DNA of 64,000 bases. Origin: Candidatus Latescibacterota bacterium. GTDB lineage: Bacteria; Latescibacterota; UBA2968. Below, in pieces: positions 20,945 through 31,864 of the stretch; position 1 is the first letter of the stretch, and every line of letters starts with the position of its first letter. The position numbers and the translations under genes were made by a program. The notes under the pieces were generated by a model, which saw only the letters and a list, made by a program, of their open reading frames with translations, made no database searches and was not told the origin of the DNA. The stretch lies in the NCBI GenBank assembly GCA_965198115.1, contig OZ240241.1, forward strand, positions 7,200,001 to 7,264,000, written 5' to 3'.

Positions 20945-22332
20945 GGTCAAGTCCCATAGTCAGTTGAAACTCATCGGGCTCCGTGGTATTCATGCTCTCT
21001 GCCGAGCATCTTGATTGTCGCCGAGATTCAGGTTGTTTTTCAGTGCTTGCCTGAGCAGCGGGAGGTGTTTGTATCCGCTCACGCGTCGCAGGCGTGGTTC
21101 GATGTCGAGGAGTGCGGCCGCGACCCATCTGTGTCGCTGAGGAGAGTTGTTCCAGCGGTTGACCTTCCGTATCAGGTTGCCGGTCATGCTGTTGAGCGCC
21201 TCGATGCAATTGGTGGTTCGGAAGCTTCGCTTCAAGAACGGGAGCATCCCCAGCCGGTGGAGGGTCAGGGTTTCCTCCAGTCCTTCCTCGAGGCTTGCCA
21301 CGGCAGACTGATTCATCAGCTTGAGTTCGGGTTTGAGTGATTCGAGTGCGGCCTTTGCCTCCTCGTAGGTGTCGCAGTCATAGGCTTTCTGAAGTTTCCG
21401 TCGAACTCTTGGACGTTCTGCCTCCGGGAGGTAGCTGACGACGTTCTCGCGCTTGTGCCACTGACAGCGATGCACGCACACATCCCCTTTGAGGGCTTTG
21501 GTGACGGCACTGCGGAGTCCCTTTGAGCCGTCCAGCACAACGAGAAGGCCCTGGTTGTAGCACAGGCCTCTCCGGATGAGATCCTGGATCAGCTGACGGC
21601 AGATCCGTTCGTTCTCCGTCGCCGATTCGACGAAGCCCAGGGGGATCTTCTGGCCGTCCGTCGTGACGCCCGGAGCGATCACGATCTCTTCGTCGGCAAA
21701 GCTCTTTCCGTCGATGAACAGGGCGACCAAGTCGTAGTCGTCGAGCGGTCGTTCCTGGAACTGCTTCAGCTTCTTTGCGGTGGCTTTGATGAACCGTCGC
21801 GAGACGGAGGATGCCGAGATTCCGAACGCTTCGGGTACCGACTCTGCACAGGCTCTGTAGTTGCGACAGGAGATTCCCTTGAGCACACGAAGCAGCAGCT
21901 TCTCATCCATCGCTCTGGGCCTCTGCATCCCCCGGTATGCGGCCAGAGAAACCTCCGTATCGGACTCGACGTCGCGCACACGGGGAACGGCCACCGGCAG
22001 CTTCTGGTCCATCAGATACACGGACCCTTTCTGGCTTCCCCATCGACGATGCGACTGCTCTGAACCCTTACGCGCATACCGAACGCCTGCGAGCTGCTCC
22101 ACCTCCTGCTGGAGCACGTCGGCAACGGCCTCCAGACCCAGCGGAATCAGCGCCCGGATCACCGATAAACGCGTCTCCAAATCCATAACGTCTGACCCAA
22201 CCTTGACTTCGCCATCCCCTGCAAATAGCTTCTCCATCGTGGGCTCCTTTCTTACGGGTACACGCTCTCACACGTCTACCCACAACGTAAGTTTGGAGCC
22301 CTTTAAGTTTCAACTAGGATAGGGACCTCACC
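20945..22332 (-). mobile_element. IS256-family element
   Basis: Imperfect IRs ggtcaagtcccatagtcagttgaaact / ggtgaggtccctatcctagttgaaa; no clear target duplication. Confidence 0.85.
20990..22237 (-). CDS. IS256-family (Mutator-type) transposase
   Basis: VPRVRD, LFIDGK, VVLDGSKGL, HRCQWHK, RTTNCIEALN. Confidence 0.92.
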   Translation of the reverse strand: MEKLFAGDGEVKVGSDVMDLETRLSVIRALIPLGLEAVADVLQQEVEQLAGVRYARKGSEQSHRRWGSQKGSVYLMDQKLPVAVPRVRDVESDTEVSLAAYRGMQRPRAMDEKLLLRVLKGISCRNYRACAESVPEAFGISASSVSRRFIKATAKKLKQFQERPLDDYDLVALFIDGKSFADEEIVIAPGVTTDGQKIPLGFVESATENERICRQLIQDLIRRGLCYNQGLLVVLDGSKGLRSAVTKALKGDVCVHRCQWHKRENVVSYLPEAERPRVRRKLQKAYDCDTYEEAKAALESLKPELKLMNQSAVASLEEGLEETLTLHRLGMLPFLKRSFRTTNCIEALNSMTGNLIRKVNRWNNSPQRHRWVAAALLDIEPRLRRVSGYKHLPLLRQALKNNLNLGDNQDARQRA

Positions 22333-22667
22333 GCCCGAAGTGCGGGCATGATCTTACGAAACTTGTCTGTGAGATGAAGGACAAGAGAGAACTCATCTGT
22401 CCGGGCTGCGGAAGCATCGGATCGGTGATATTCCAGGACTCCACCGGGGCCACCAGCAAGAGCGCGTCGGAGGTCGCAGACGACATTCTCGGGAAGCTTG
22501 ACGCTATCGTTAGACGGAAGAATGGGGCGATCTCAGCTCTTCAACTTCCGCCATCAGGAAAAACGGTAATGGACAGTGTGAAATCAGACATCAATAACTC
22601 GGTGGTCATCGTTGAGCCTCGGTATGTTATGTTTTTAGCCATCTCGTTCCTCCCGAGCCCGAAATGA
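22333..22667 (+). pseudogene. zinc-ribbon protein, 5' end truncated by IS256
   Basis: Frame reads PKCGHDLTKLVCEMKDKRELICPGCG directly from the IS end. Confidence 0.5.
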
Positions 22668-22735
22668 CCGGGAGGCTTCTATGGGATTGTATATAATCCC
22701 CCCCCCAAGAGTCAAATTCATGAAGGAGAGTCCGC

Positions 22736-22936
22736 ATGCAGTGCATTTGTCCCGTCAAGGATTGCGGTGCGGTAATCAACGTTTCGCCATCGAACGATCC
22801 AGTCGTCACCCGATTGTGTCACAAGTGCGATTCCATTCTCAACATCAGGATGGCTAACGGCAGGGCGTCCAGCATCGAGATCGAATTTTCCCCAAGCCAG
22901 GATTGGAAATCGGGCATAAGGACCAAGGGGACGTGA
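22736..22936 (+). CDS. small Cys-rich (zinc-ribbon-like) protein
   Basis: SD aaggag; CICPVKDCG...LCHKCD. Confidence 0.55.
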   Translation: MQCICPVKDCGAVINVSPSNDPVVTRLCHKCDSILNIRMANGRASSIEIEFSPSQDWKSGIRTKGT

Positions 22937-23140
22937 AAAGGGCAAGCCTGCGCGAGGCGGTTCGCCGGTCGGCAGTACCCCCTGCGCTGGATCGAGGTCT
23001 TTTACGAAACGCCCCTGGGCAAGATCCTTCACGGCGACGCTCGCTGCTGGCTCTTCAACGGCGTTCCCGAGAAGTCGGTCGATTTGATCATGACCTCGCC
23101 TCCTTATGGCCTTGTCAGCAAGAAAGGGGGATTATTGAGC
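22933..23140 (+). pseudogene. N4/N6 DNA methyltransferase (beta class), N-terminal fragment
   Basis: From 23003: YETPLGKILHGDA...SVDLIMTSPPY (catalytic motif IV). Confidence 0.75.
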
Positions 23141-23415
23141 TGCGTCACATGGCCCGGGCTATGAACTCCAAGCTTATCGGCTGGATCAATAGAAAGGTTG
23201 CGGGCCGGATTCGACGAAGTGTGCCAGCCACGGGCCGTCCGCAGGCTTGTGGGGTTCTCCGGGAACGCAGACCATGTTTAAGCGGACGGGAGTGCATCCT
23301 AGGAGCCTGTCGGGTTACACCCGGAAGCTCGTTGAGATTAAGTCCAGCTGAGTCTGTCAGCGACCGGTTACCTTCGTTTTTTCCTTGAGCCGAGTTCCTC
23401 TTCGGGATCAGGTCA

Positions 23416-24998
23416 CTGGGCAAGACCCTCTGCGTACTTCTCTTCCTGCTCGCACGGGTCCGGAATACTGCACTCCCCACGCGGGTCATTTACATCGTCG
23501 ACAGACGCGCCATCGTAGATCAGACGGCGACCGCAATCCGGACATGGATTGAACGCATTGCCGAGTTGCCAGAACTCGCGGGTGTGCTCGACGCGAGTTC
23601 GGCATTTTCGTCCGATCTTCCCGTCCAGCTCGGCATTCTGCGGGGCGGCTTAGCGGACGATGGGGAGTGGCGAATCGATCCGGCCAGACCGGCGGTCGTG
23701 GTCGGCACTGTCGATATGATCGGTTCCCTCCTGATGTTCTCAGGTTACGGTGACGGACGATCACGCCGGCCGATGCACGCGGGACTTCTTTGCCACGACA
23801 GCCTCGTCATGCTGGACGAAGCCCATTTGTCACCGGCGATGGGGGTACTCATCCACACCATCAATCGGCTCCAAGGCCACCGGAAGTTCCAGACCATGAC
23901 GCTGTCGGCGACGAGCACCGATATCGATACCGAGAGCGTGTTTCAACTCCTTGTCGAGGACAAGGCCAATCCTTCAGTTCGTAGTCGCCTTCACTCGGTC
24001 AAGAGACAGAGTCTCCATCAGGTCGAGAAAACCACTGATCGGATCGGTCGCATTTGCGAGGTGGCCACCGCTCATGAATCTGGCTCCGTCGCGGTGTTTA
24101 CCCGAAGTGTCGCGGATGCCGAGAAGATTGCCGTGAAGCTGATCAGTATGCTCGACGATGGCTCCGAGCGCGTCGCACTACTGACGGGGACGCTCCGCGG
24201 AAAAGAACGCGCCGAGCTGGCAAATGGAACGGTCTGGCGGAGCTTCCTTCCGAATCGGGACCGTGACGCGAGTACAGCCTCCGTCTACCTCGTGATGACC
24301 TCGGCCGGCGAAGTCGGAGTCGATCTGGATGCCGATCACGGTGTCATGGATCTCAGCACTCTCGATTCGATGATTCAGCGCGTTGGCCGAGTGAACCGGA
24401 TGGGCCTGACTGAGGCGGACGTTGCGGTCGTCTTCACGGGGCAAGAGGCGCGGGAGTCACCGCAAGCGCCGAAGATGCACACCCGAAGACTTGCTGCGGC
24501 TCGTACGAAAACACTGGAAGAACTTCGGCGGCTTCCCGACCTTTCTCCAGCGACTCTGGGAGGCCTCGACAAGCAAGTCCTTGAAGAGTGCTTCGTGCCG
24601 CCTTCCCGGCCCGCGCGACTGCACTCGGAAGTGGTCGAGGCATTCGCGGCGACGTCCGCGACACTGCAGCTCCCCCATGTCTCGATCTATCTGCGCGGAG
24701 TGTCGGATCAGCCCGACCCGCCAGAGAGTTTCCTCCTCTGGCGCTGGGACGTGCCGCATCTAGTCCGGCTCGGCAGCGATGCGGCTGCGCAGGCGATCGC
24801 TTTCTTCCGGCCGAGCGCCGATGAGGTCGCTCGTGTCCCGGCACGCCTTGCGAGGGACTTGGTCCTGTCCGCGCTTGAACGTCAAGAGGGGAGGGGCTTC
24901 CTCTGATCGTGGTCGAACCGGGAGGCGATGTCTGTGCTATCTTCTTGAAGCGCAAGGACGAACTCTCTTCGCTCAACTACGCGACTGTTGTTCTGCCA
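23416..24998 (+). pseudogene. cas3: type I-G (I-U) CRISPR helicase Cas3 fragment, lacking the extreme N-terminus and C-terminal HD domain
   Basis: LGKT, RVIYIVDRRAIVDQ, LRGGLADDGEWRIDPARPAVVVGTVDMIGS, LDEAHL, TSAGEVGVDLDAD, QRVGRVNR; frameshift near 24900. Confidence 0.85.
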
Positions 24999-25048
24999 GA
25001 AGAAATAGGACGACTGGTAACGGCAATCGGAGTGTGGTCAATAACCCC
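24999..25048 (+). repeat. ~50-bp direct repeat, copy B
   Basis: Matches 16440-16490; lies where cas3 similarity appears to stop. Confidence 0.9.
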
Positions 25049-28000
25049 GCACATGACTCATTTGGACCGGGCAGTCTGCCAAGGGCTTTCCCGATCGGAA
25101 GCAAAAGCTGGCGATTGGTCGAGGGCGGCGACCACCGCACTCTGGAGGACCTCCTCGGTGGGTGCACCGCTACGGCACGATGGGGCGGTGAGGAGGGCAA
25201 GCAGCAGGAGAGGTCGTCCCGTTCGGTGAGCCTCGTCAGGCGACGGACGCCCCCGCCCGATGGCTGCCGACTCCACGGTCGCTTCCAAGCACCCTGGTTA
25301 CACGGTGCAACTGATGGAAAGTAGCGGGAAAGGGGCCGTACGGCGACGGTACGTGCTCACTCGAGCGCCCGCGAGGCCCGGGATGGGAAGCGTTCCGGTC
25401 GTCCAGGACGCCGGATGGTACGACCCCGCCTTGCATCCTCCGGCCCGTCGCGTCCATTCCCTGGAAACCGTGTCTCCTACCACCGCACGGTGGCCCGGCC
25501 CAGGACCCCGTTGTCCGTGCCGCCCAGCAGCGGGTTCTCCCGGCGCTGCGCGTCGACGCCCAGCTCGAAGCCCAACGAGTCCCGCTCCAGCAGGGTCATG
25601 CCGTAGCCCAGCCGGTAGTCCCGCCCGTACTCCGAGGTCGCGACCCCGAACCGCGGCGTGCCGACCAGCCGGCTCCCGACCGGCAGCCCGTAGCCCAGTT
25701 CGGCCTGCAGGCGGTTGCCAGCTGACGCGCCGCCGTGCGCCATTCCCGCCATCGTCTCGCACCCCCACAGCGCCTCGGCTCCGCTCGTAGCCTGTCCGCC
25801 CCAGGACGGGGTCACTCGCCAGAAAGAGCCCAGCGGCGTCTGGGGCGTCGGGTTGTAGCTGAACGACACCGACACGCCCCGCTCCCGGAACCCTTCCGCC
25901 TCGTGCACCAGCAGCATCCGGACCCGCACGTCGGCCGACAGTCCGCTCAGAGTGTCCGATACGATCAGCCCGCCGCCGATATCCACACCGGCGCCCGTCT
26001 CGGCGTCTCCGCCGTCGCGCCGCAGTCCGACCTCCAGTCTGGGCTCAAGCGACAACCTGCGCTTGATGCTGTAGCCGCGCGAGGCCTCCAGCCCGGTCCG
26101 GAAACGGGTTACCGTGGCTGCGGTCGCCGCCAGCCGGCCCGCCGGACCCTCCACGCCTTCGATGCCCGTGCCGACCCACAGCGCATCGGCCTTGAAGGCC
26201 AGCCCGAAGCCACCCACCACCGAATCCGCCAGCTCGCCCCGCAGGCCGCCCGCCGCCATGGCCATCGACAATCCGCTCTTGAGCGTTGTTCCCTCACCCG
26301 GTGTCAACTACAGCGCGCCCTTGCCGTATCCGGTCACGCCCCACAGCGTGATCCGGTCGGTCACCTTGTAGCCCAGCCAGGGGTAGAGGCCCGTCACCGA
26401 CGAGGTCACCACGCCGGCGTCGGCTCCCGAGTAGCCGCCCCGCCCCCGGCTGTGCGCCAGAGACAGGCCCACCAGCAGCGGACCGGTCGCATAGTCGGCG
26501 CCGAACATGGTCGTGCGACCCCGGCCGTCGAGCGACAGATCGCCTTCGCGGCCATAGAACTGCGACTGCACCCCCCGGCTCCAGAACGACAGGATGCCGC
26601 CGCTGCCGGTCTCGCGGTTGAGCGCGAAGGACGAGCCGGTGAGCAGGCTGTCGCCGCCGAATCCCATCGAGCCGAGTCCCATGTCGAGCCGGCCGCCGCC
26701 CGAAGGCCCCGGCCTCCCGAGCATTGCGCCGCCAGCCGGCGAGCCGGCCATCGGAGTGTCAGGGCCCGCACCGTATCGGTTCGCGCCGCCCAGGCCGCCG
26801 AGCCGGTTCAGGAAGCCAAGCGCCACCTCGCGCTCCATCCCCCGCCGCAGCTCCCGGCCCGCCACCCGGCCCTCGAAACCCGTCCGGCGCGGCGCCTGGA
26901 TCCGTTCCTCCACCTGCTCGACCACCTGCACCGCCACCGTCCGCCCGAACCGTGCCATGAACGCCTTCGGCAGCGGGTCCCGGTTCTCGATCGTCCCGGT
27001 CGCCTCGCCGTCGGTCAGCCGGCCCCCCACGGGGTTCGAGAGCCGCAGCGTCAACGTCTCCTCGCCCTCGTCGTGGGAGTCGTCCAGCACCGCCACCTCG
27101 ATCGTCTTCGAGGTCTCGCCGGCTGGAAACCTCAGCGTGCCGCTGGTGGCCGTGTAGTCCTCCCCCGCCGTCGCCGTGCCGTTGGCCGTGGCGTAGTCCA
27201 CCGTCACCGTGCCGCCCGCCGCGCGATCCAGCGTCACCCCGAAGGCCAGCACCGCGCCGTCGTCTTCTTCCACCTGCGCATCGGCCACCGAGATGGCCGC
27301 CGCGACGGCCACCGTCGCCGTCAGCGAATGCGACAGCGGTCGTCCGTCGCCGGTGCACACCGCGCCGCTCGCGGCGCAGTCCCGCGTCTCCGGCAACCGG
27401 ATCGTCAACGGCTCCGGCGCCGGCGCGACCGTCATCTCCCACAGGTCGCGGCGGCCGTCCACCCGCCGCGCTCCGGTGATGTCGCCGTTCGTCAACGTGA
27501 ACGACGTGTCGCGTAGCGTCTTGTAGCTGATCCTGATCTCGTCGCTGAACTCCACCCGGAAGCGGAACGTCCCCTGGCCGGCGTGCTCGCTCGGCATGCC
27601 GCTGAAGCTGGCCGTCAGCGGCTCCGCCGCCGCGGCGACGGCATCGGTCGCCGCGCTGGTGAGGCTCTCCTCGTTGCCGGCATCGTCGATGAAGCTCACC
27701 CGGACCTTCAGCTTCTTGCCCTCGTCGTCGGCCGTCGCCGTGTAGGTGGATCCGGTCGCTCCCTGAACGTCGGTGTCCGTGCGGATCCACTGGTAGGCAA
27801 AACTCGCGTTGTCCAGCCCGTCGGCGTCGGAGATGCCCGACGTCGAGGCGGTCAGCTCCTCGCCAACCTGCGGCGTCCCGCGGATCGCCGGCGCCCCGGT
27901 TGCCGCCGTGTTTCGCTCCGCCTCGGCCGCCGGACCGGCCACCGTTGCCGACGGGCTGTTGGTCAGCGGCCGCCGGTTCTCCCCCTTGGCGCAGATCGCC

Positions 28001-31000
28001 CCGGACGTCGCGCAGTCCCGCCCGCCCGGCAGCTTGATCGTCACCGCCCCGGCCCCGTCGGGCTGCACCGTGATCTCGAACAGGTCGCGCCGGTCGTCCA
28101 CCCGCGTGCCCCGCGTCACCCGGCCACCGGTCACCACGAATGCGTCCTCGCGCAACGCCCGGTAGCTGATCCCGATGTCCTCGCTGAACGCCACCCGGAA
28201 GCGGAAGGCGCTCTCGCCGTCGTGCCCAGCGGGCACGTCCTCGAACGCCGCGGTCAGCGCGGACCGGCTCGCGTCCTGGACATCGCCCAGGACGATCGTC
28301 AGCAGCCCGGTGGACAGCTCCGTGCCGTCCGCCGTGCAGATGGCGCCCGCCTCGGCGCAGGCCCGCCCCACCGGCAGCTCGATCTCGATATCGCCGGCGC
28401 CCGACGGGGTCACCGTGAAGCGCCACAGGTCATCCCGGCCGTCCACGCGCGCGGCGTCGGTCACCGCGCCGCCGGTCACCCTGAGCGCGTGGTCGCGCAT
28501 GTCGCCGGCGGCGCTCTCGAGCTCCCGCACCTGCACCGTTACCCCCGGCAGCGACTGCTCGAAGTCGTAGTTCGATTGCGCAGTGCCCTGGGTGTCCGTC
28601 GTCGTGCCCGAGGCCTCGTGCTCCAGCCTCGCCGTCCCCGACGCCGACGCGGCGGCGCGCACCGTCACCGTCTGGCGCCGGAACCAGTTCTCCTTCGTGA
28701 ACCGGATGGCCGGCGACGCCGTCACCCCGGCCGTGTCCGAGCTCGCCTCTATCGTCAGCGGATTCGTGGTGGTGACCCTTGAGTCGAGCCCGGCCATCAG
28801 GCGCACCTGATAGGTCGCCGTGCCTCCCGCCGGAACCTCCAGGACCGCGTCCGTCTCGCCGCCCGCCACCTGGAGCTTCCTGCGCCCTACCCGGTCCACC
28901 CGCAGCTCCGTCAAATCCGGCAGCACCTCGAGCTCGTCGTAGGGTAGCGAGCGCAGCGACGGGTTCTTGTACAGCAGCAGCTTCTCGAGCGACCGCAGGC
29001 CCGAGAACACTCCCGCCGGCAGCGACCCCAGCCGGTTGTTGTTCAGGCGCAGCGTCTCCAGGTCCGTCAACCCGTCGAACACCCCCGCCGGCAGCGACCG
29101 CAGCCCGGTGTCGGCCAGGTCCAGCTCGACGAGATTCCACAGGCCCTCGAAGTCGTCCTGCCGCAGGCGCATCGTGAACGCCGACTCGGTGGACGGATTG
29201 CGGCGCAGGTCGAGCGACGTCAGCTTCGCCAGCTCCGTCTCGGTCACCGCGCCGCAGCCGCCCTTGTAGCTGTGGCGGTACTTCAGCAGCGTCAGGATGC
29301 GGTCGCGCACGCGCGCCGTGCGGCCGCAGATGCCGCGGACCGTGTAGCTGCCCGTCTCGACCTCGTTCGAGGCCGGCGACCAGGCGCTCGCCTCCGCACG
29401 GTACAGCGACCGTACGCGCACCCGGTGGGGGGTGGTTCACCGCCAGCCCGGTGATGGTGGCGGTGGTCCCGGCGCCCTCGTGGGGCCAGTCGGTCCACGC
29501 CCCGCCTGTCTCCCGGTACTGCACGTCGTAGCCGGTCAGCGCCGCGGCGGCGCCCAGCGCCGGCTCGGTCCAGCTCACGTCCAGGCTCGTGAGCGAGCCG
29601 TGGGTCGCGGTCAGCTCCGGACGCACGGGCGCTTCCGGCGGCCCATCGTCGTCGCGGATGGTGATGGTATGTTCGCGCGCGTCGGAGCTCGTTGTCGAGA
29701 TTTCGAACACGATGGTCTCGTCCGCCTCGCGATCCGCGTCGTTGACGATACACGGATGTTGAAGCGATGCCGCGCCACGTAGGCCGTCCTGGCCGCATTG
29801 GGGGAGAACGCCGAGACCGGCACGATGGCGATGAGTACCGCGCCGCTGATCGGTGGGGGTGGGGTGTAGTCGTCGCCGGACGTGGCTGTTTCCGCCGGCC
29901 GCCGCCGATACAATACGTTCGCGTCGATCACCGGGGCGGTGTTCTGCCGGGTCGTGAGCGTGACGGTCACGGCCGCCGTCCCCGCGCTCTCGCTCACCTC
30001 CGCCGGTGCGTCGATCGCCATGTCCTGGGGAAGGTCCTCATCGTCGTTGATGATGGTCAGAGTCACGTCGTCGGGGTCCGCTATGGCCGCGTTCGACACG
30101 GCGCCGGAGATCGTCACCAGGTCGGTCGGCTCGGGGTCGTCTCTGTCGACCACCCGGACGTTCACAGTCCCGGTGCTCGCGGTGGCGTTCGCGGCGAAGC
30201 TCAGCACCCGGTTGGTGCTCAGCGTGAAGTCGTCGGCCGTCGCCGGCGCCACAGGGTCCGCCGAAACCGTCACCGTGAAGGCTACCGGCGAGGCCGGCGA
30301 CGCCGTCGCCGTCACCGTCACGTTGCCGACGTTCTCGAAGACGAGGCCATCCTCATCGCTGAGCTGCAGCGTCACCTCCAGGGGCGGGATCGTCACCGTG
30401 CCCCGGACTTCCATTCGGAGGTTGTTCACCACATTCATTGTACTCCAAGAAACTCCATTCCAATGATGCCTTCCATTGCGGATGCTGAATCCTTGCGTAG
30501 TCGTTTCACTGTTGGACTCGGTTATTGCAGCCGTGTAGTTACCGCTGATATCGCTTCCCGCGTCAGTCAGTACGACATAGTATTTTGTATTCGCCGCGAG
30601 GCTGAGGCCGTCGCCCGGAGCGGTGAACGTACGGTTGCCTGCGGCTGCCGGGTTGTGTCCGATCGGATCCGCAGGGTTCGTGAGCGTGATCAGTCGGGTT
30701 CCGGGATTTCCGGAACTGTCGTCAGCGTGAATCGCTGCGTGAACTACAGAGCTGCCGTTTTTTTGGGGCAAATTCAGTACGACGCTTGTGAGCGTGTACC
30801 CGGCCCCGTTGGACCCCGTCGTGAATTGCTGGGCAGCTCTATTCTCCCTTGACACTATCCCGGGAATAACCTCTTCCCCTCCGAGTCGAATAGAGATGGT
30901 ACCGTCGTGCTGTTCCCCAATATTCGAGACGAGCGCTATCTCCTGCGCCTGGCTCTCTCCGGTCGGCAGCAGCACTGCGCACGCGACCATCAGCGCGTAG

Positions 31001-31108
31001 CCGAGTGCACGCGCAACGATCCCGCCGCGGCCGGCGGCGGTAACGACGGTTCTGGAGGGGGGATTTGCGCCCCGGCGGGGCGGGATCAGGTCAGGCCGTG
31101 ATGGCGGG

Positions 31109-31322
31109 CAACAGCACTCGCGCGCGTGAGATGAACGATATACTTCTATGGTGCCATCTACATTGGATTCCAACAGCACTCGCGCGCGTGAGATGAACGA
31201 TATACTTCTATGGTGCCATCTACATTGGATTCCAACAGCACTCGCGCGCGTGAGATGAACGATATACTTCTATGGTGCCATCTACATTGGATTCCAACAG
31301 CACTCGCGCGCGTGAGATGAAC
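31109..31322. repeat. tandem 62-bp repeat (4 x 28 bp separated by 3 identical 34-bp segments)
   Basis: caacagcactcgcgcgcgtgagatgaac starts at 31109, 31171, 31233 and 31295. Confidence 0.95.
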
Positions 31323-31328
31323 TTACAC

Positions 31329-31529
31329 GCTCGGTGCTCGGTGCTCGGTGCTCGGTGCTCGGTGCTCGGTGCTCGGTGCTCGGTGCTCGGTGCTCGGTGC
31401 TCGGTGCTCGGTGCTCGGTGCTCGGTGCTCGGTGCTCGGTGCTCGGTGCTCGGTGCTCGGTGCTCGGTGCTCGGTGCTCGGTGCTCGGTGCTCGGTGCTC
31501 GGTGCTCGGTGCTCGGTGCTCGGTGCTCG
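31329..31529. repeat. heptamer microsatellite (GCTCGGT)28 plus a partial unit
   Basis: Perfect units 31329-31524, then GCTCG. Confidence 0.97.
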
Positions 31530-31864
31530 TCTATGATAGCCGAGTCAGAACGCTCGTTGGATGTCAAGACTTTTTTCGAGTATCCCATAACTTTTCCACC
31601 TCCGAGTCGTTGCAACCGGAAACCCGCACGCGCCACGCCAGCGCGCAGTATATCACTTATGTAACTTATTATAAATAATAACCATCTATTGCATAGACAT
31701 AACTAAACCTTGGTAACTAGATGCAAGCTGGTTCTGAAGCTGTGAATCGCATCTCGTGGGTAGCCGCTTAAGGCGCACGAGGCACGAATATCCTGGGAGA
31801 TCCGCTGGCTGATTAGCGACAATTAGAACTCCCACTTGGCGACCACTATAATTCCCGTTCTGCG

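Larger units (their letters stand above)
25477..31588 (-). pseudogene. giant surface/adhesin-like protein (Calx-beta, FN3, LRR, cadherin-like repeats, C-terminal beta-barrel), currently interrupted
   Basis: SD GGAGGT + ATG 31588; LRR LRSLPAGVFDGLTDLETLRL; FN3 LDVSWTEP..YDVQYR; Calx-beta VDYATANGTATAGEDY; C-terminal W. Lesions: stop in the 62-bp repeat, frameshifts near 29750 and 29430, in-frame TAG 26308. Confidence 0.8.

Noticed and set aside
23299-23314. taggagcctgtc motif shared with ~6897 as an IS end
   Set aside because: Only ~12 bp, with no partner IR or transposase visible.
25200-25400. Group II intron 3' end
   Set aside because: No domain V consensus found on either strand.
31109-31322. 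Canonical CRISPR array call
   Set aside because: The spacers are identical and there is no adjacent cas operon; kept as a repeat and a hypothesis only.
31272-31678. Plus-strand (LGARCSV)n ORFs
   Set aside because: Stop-free by-products of the heptamer tract; only the minus-strand frame has a strong SD.
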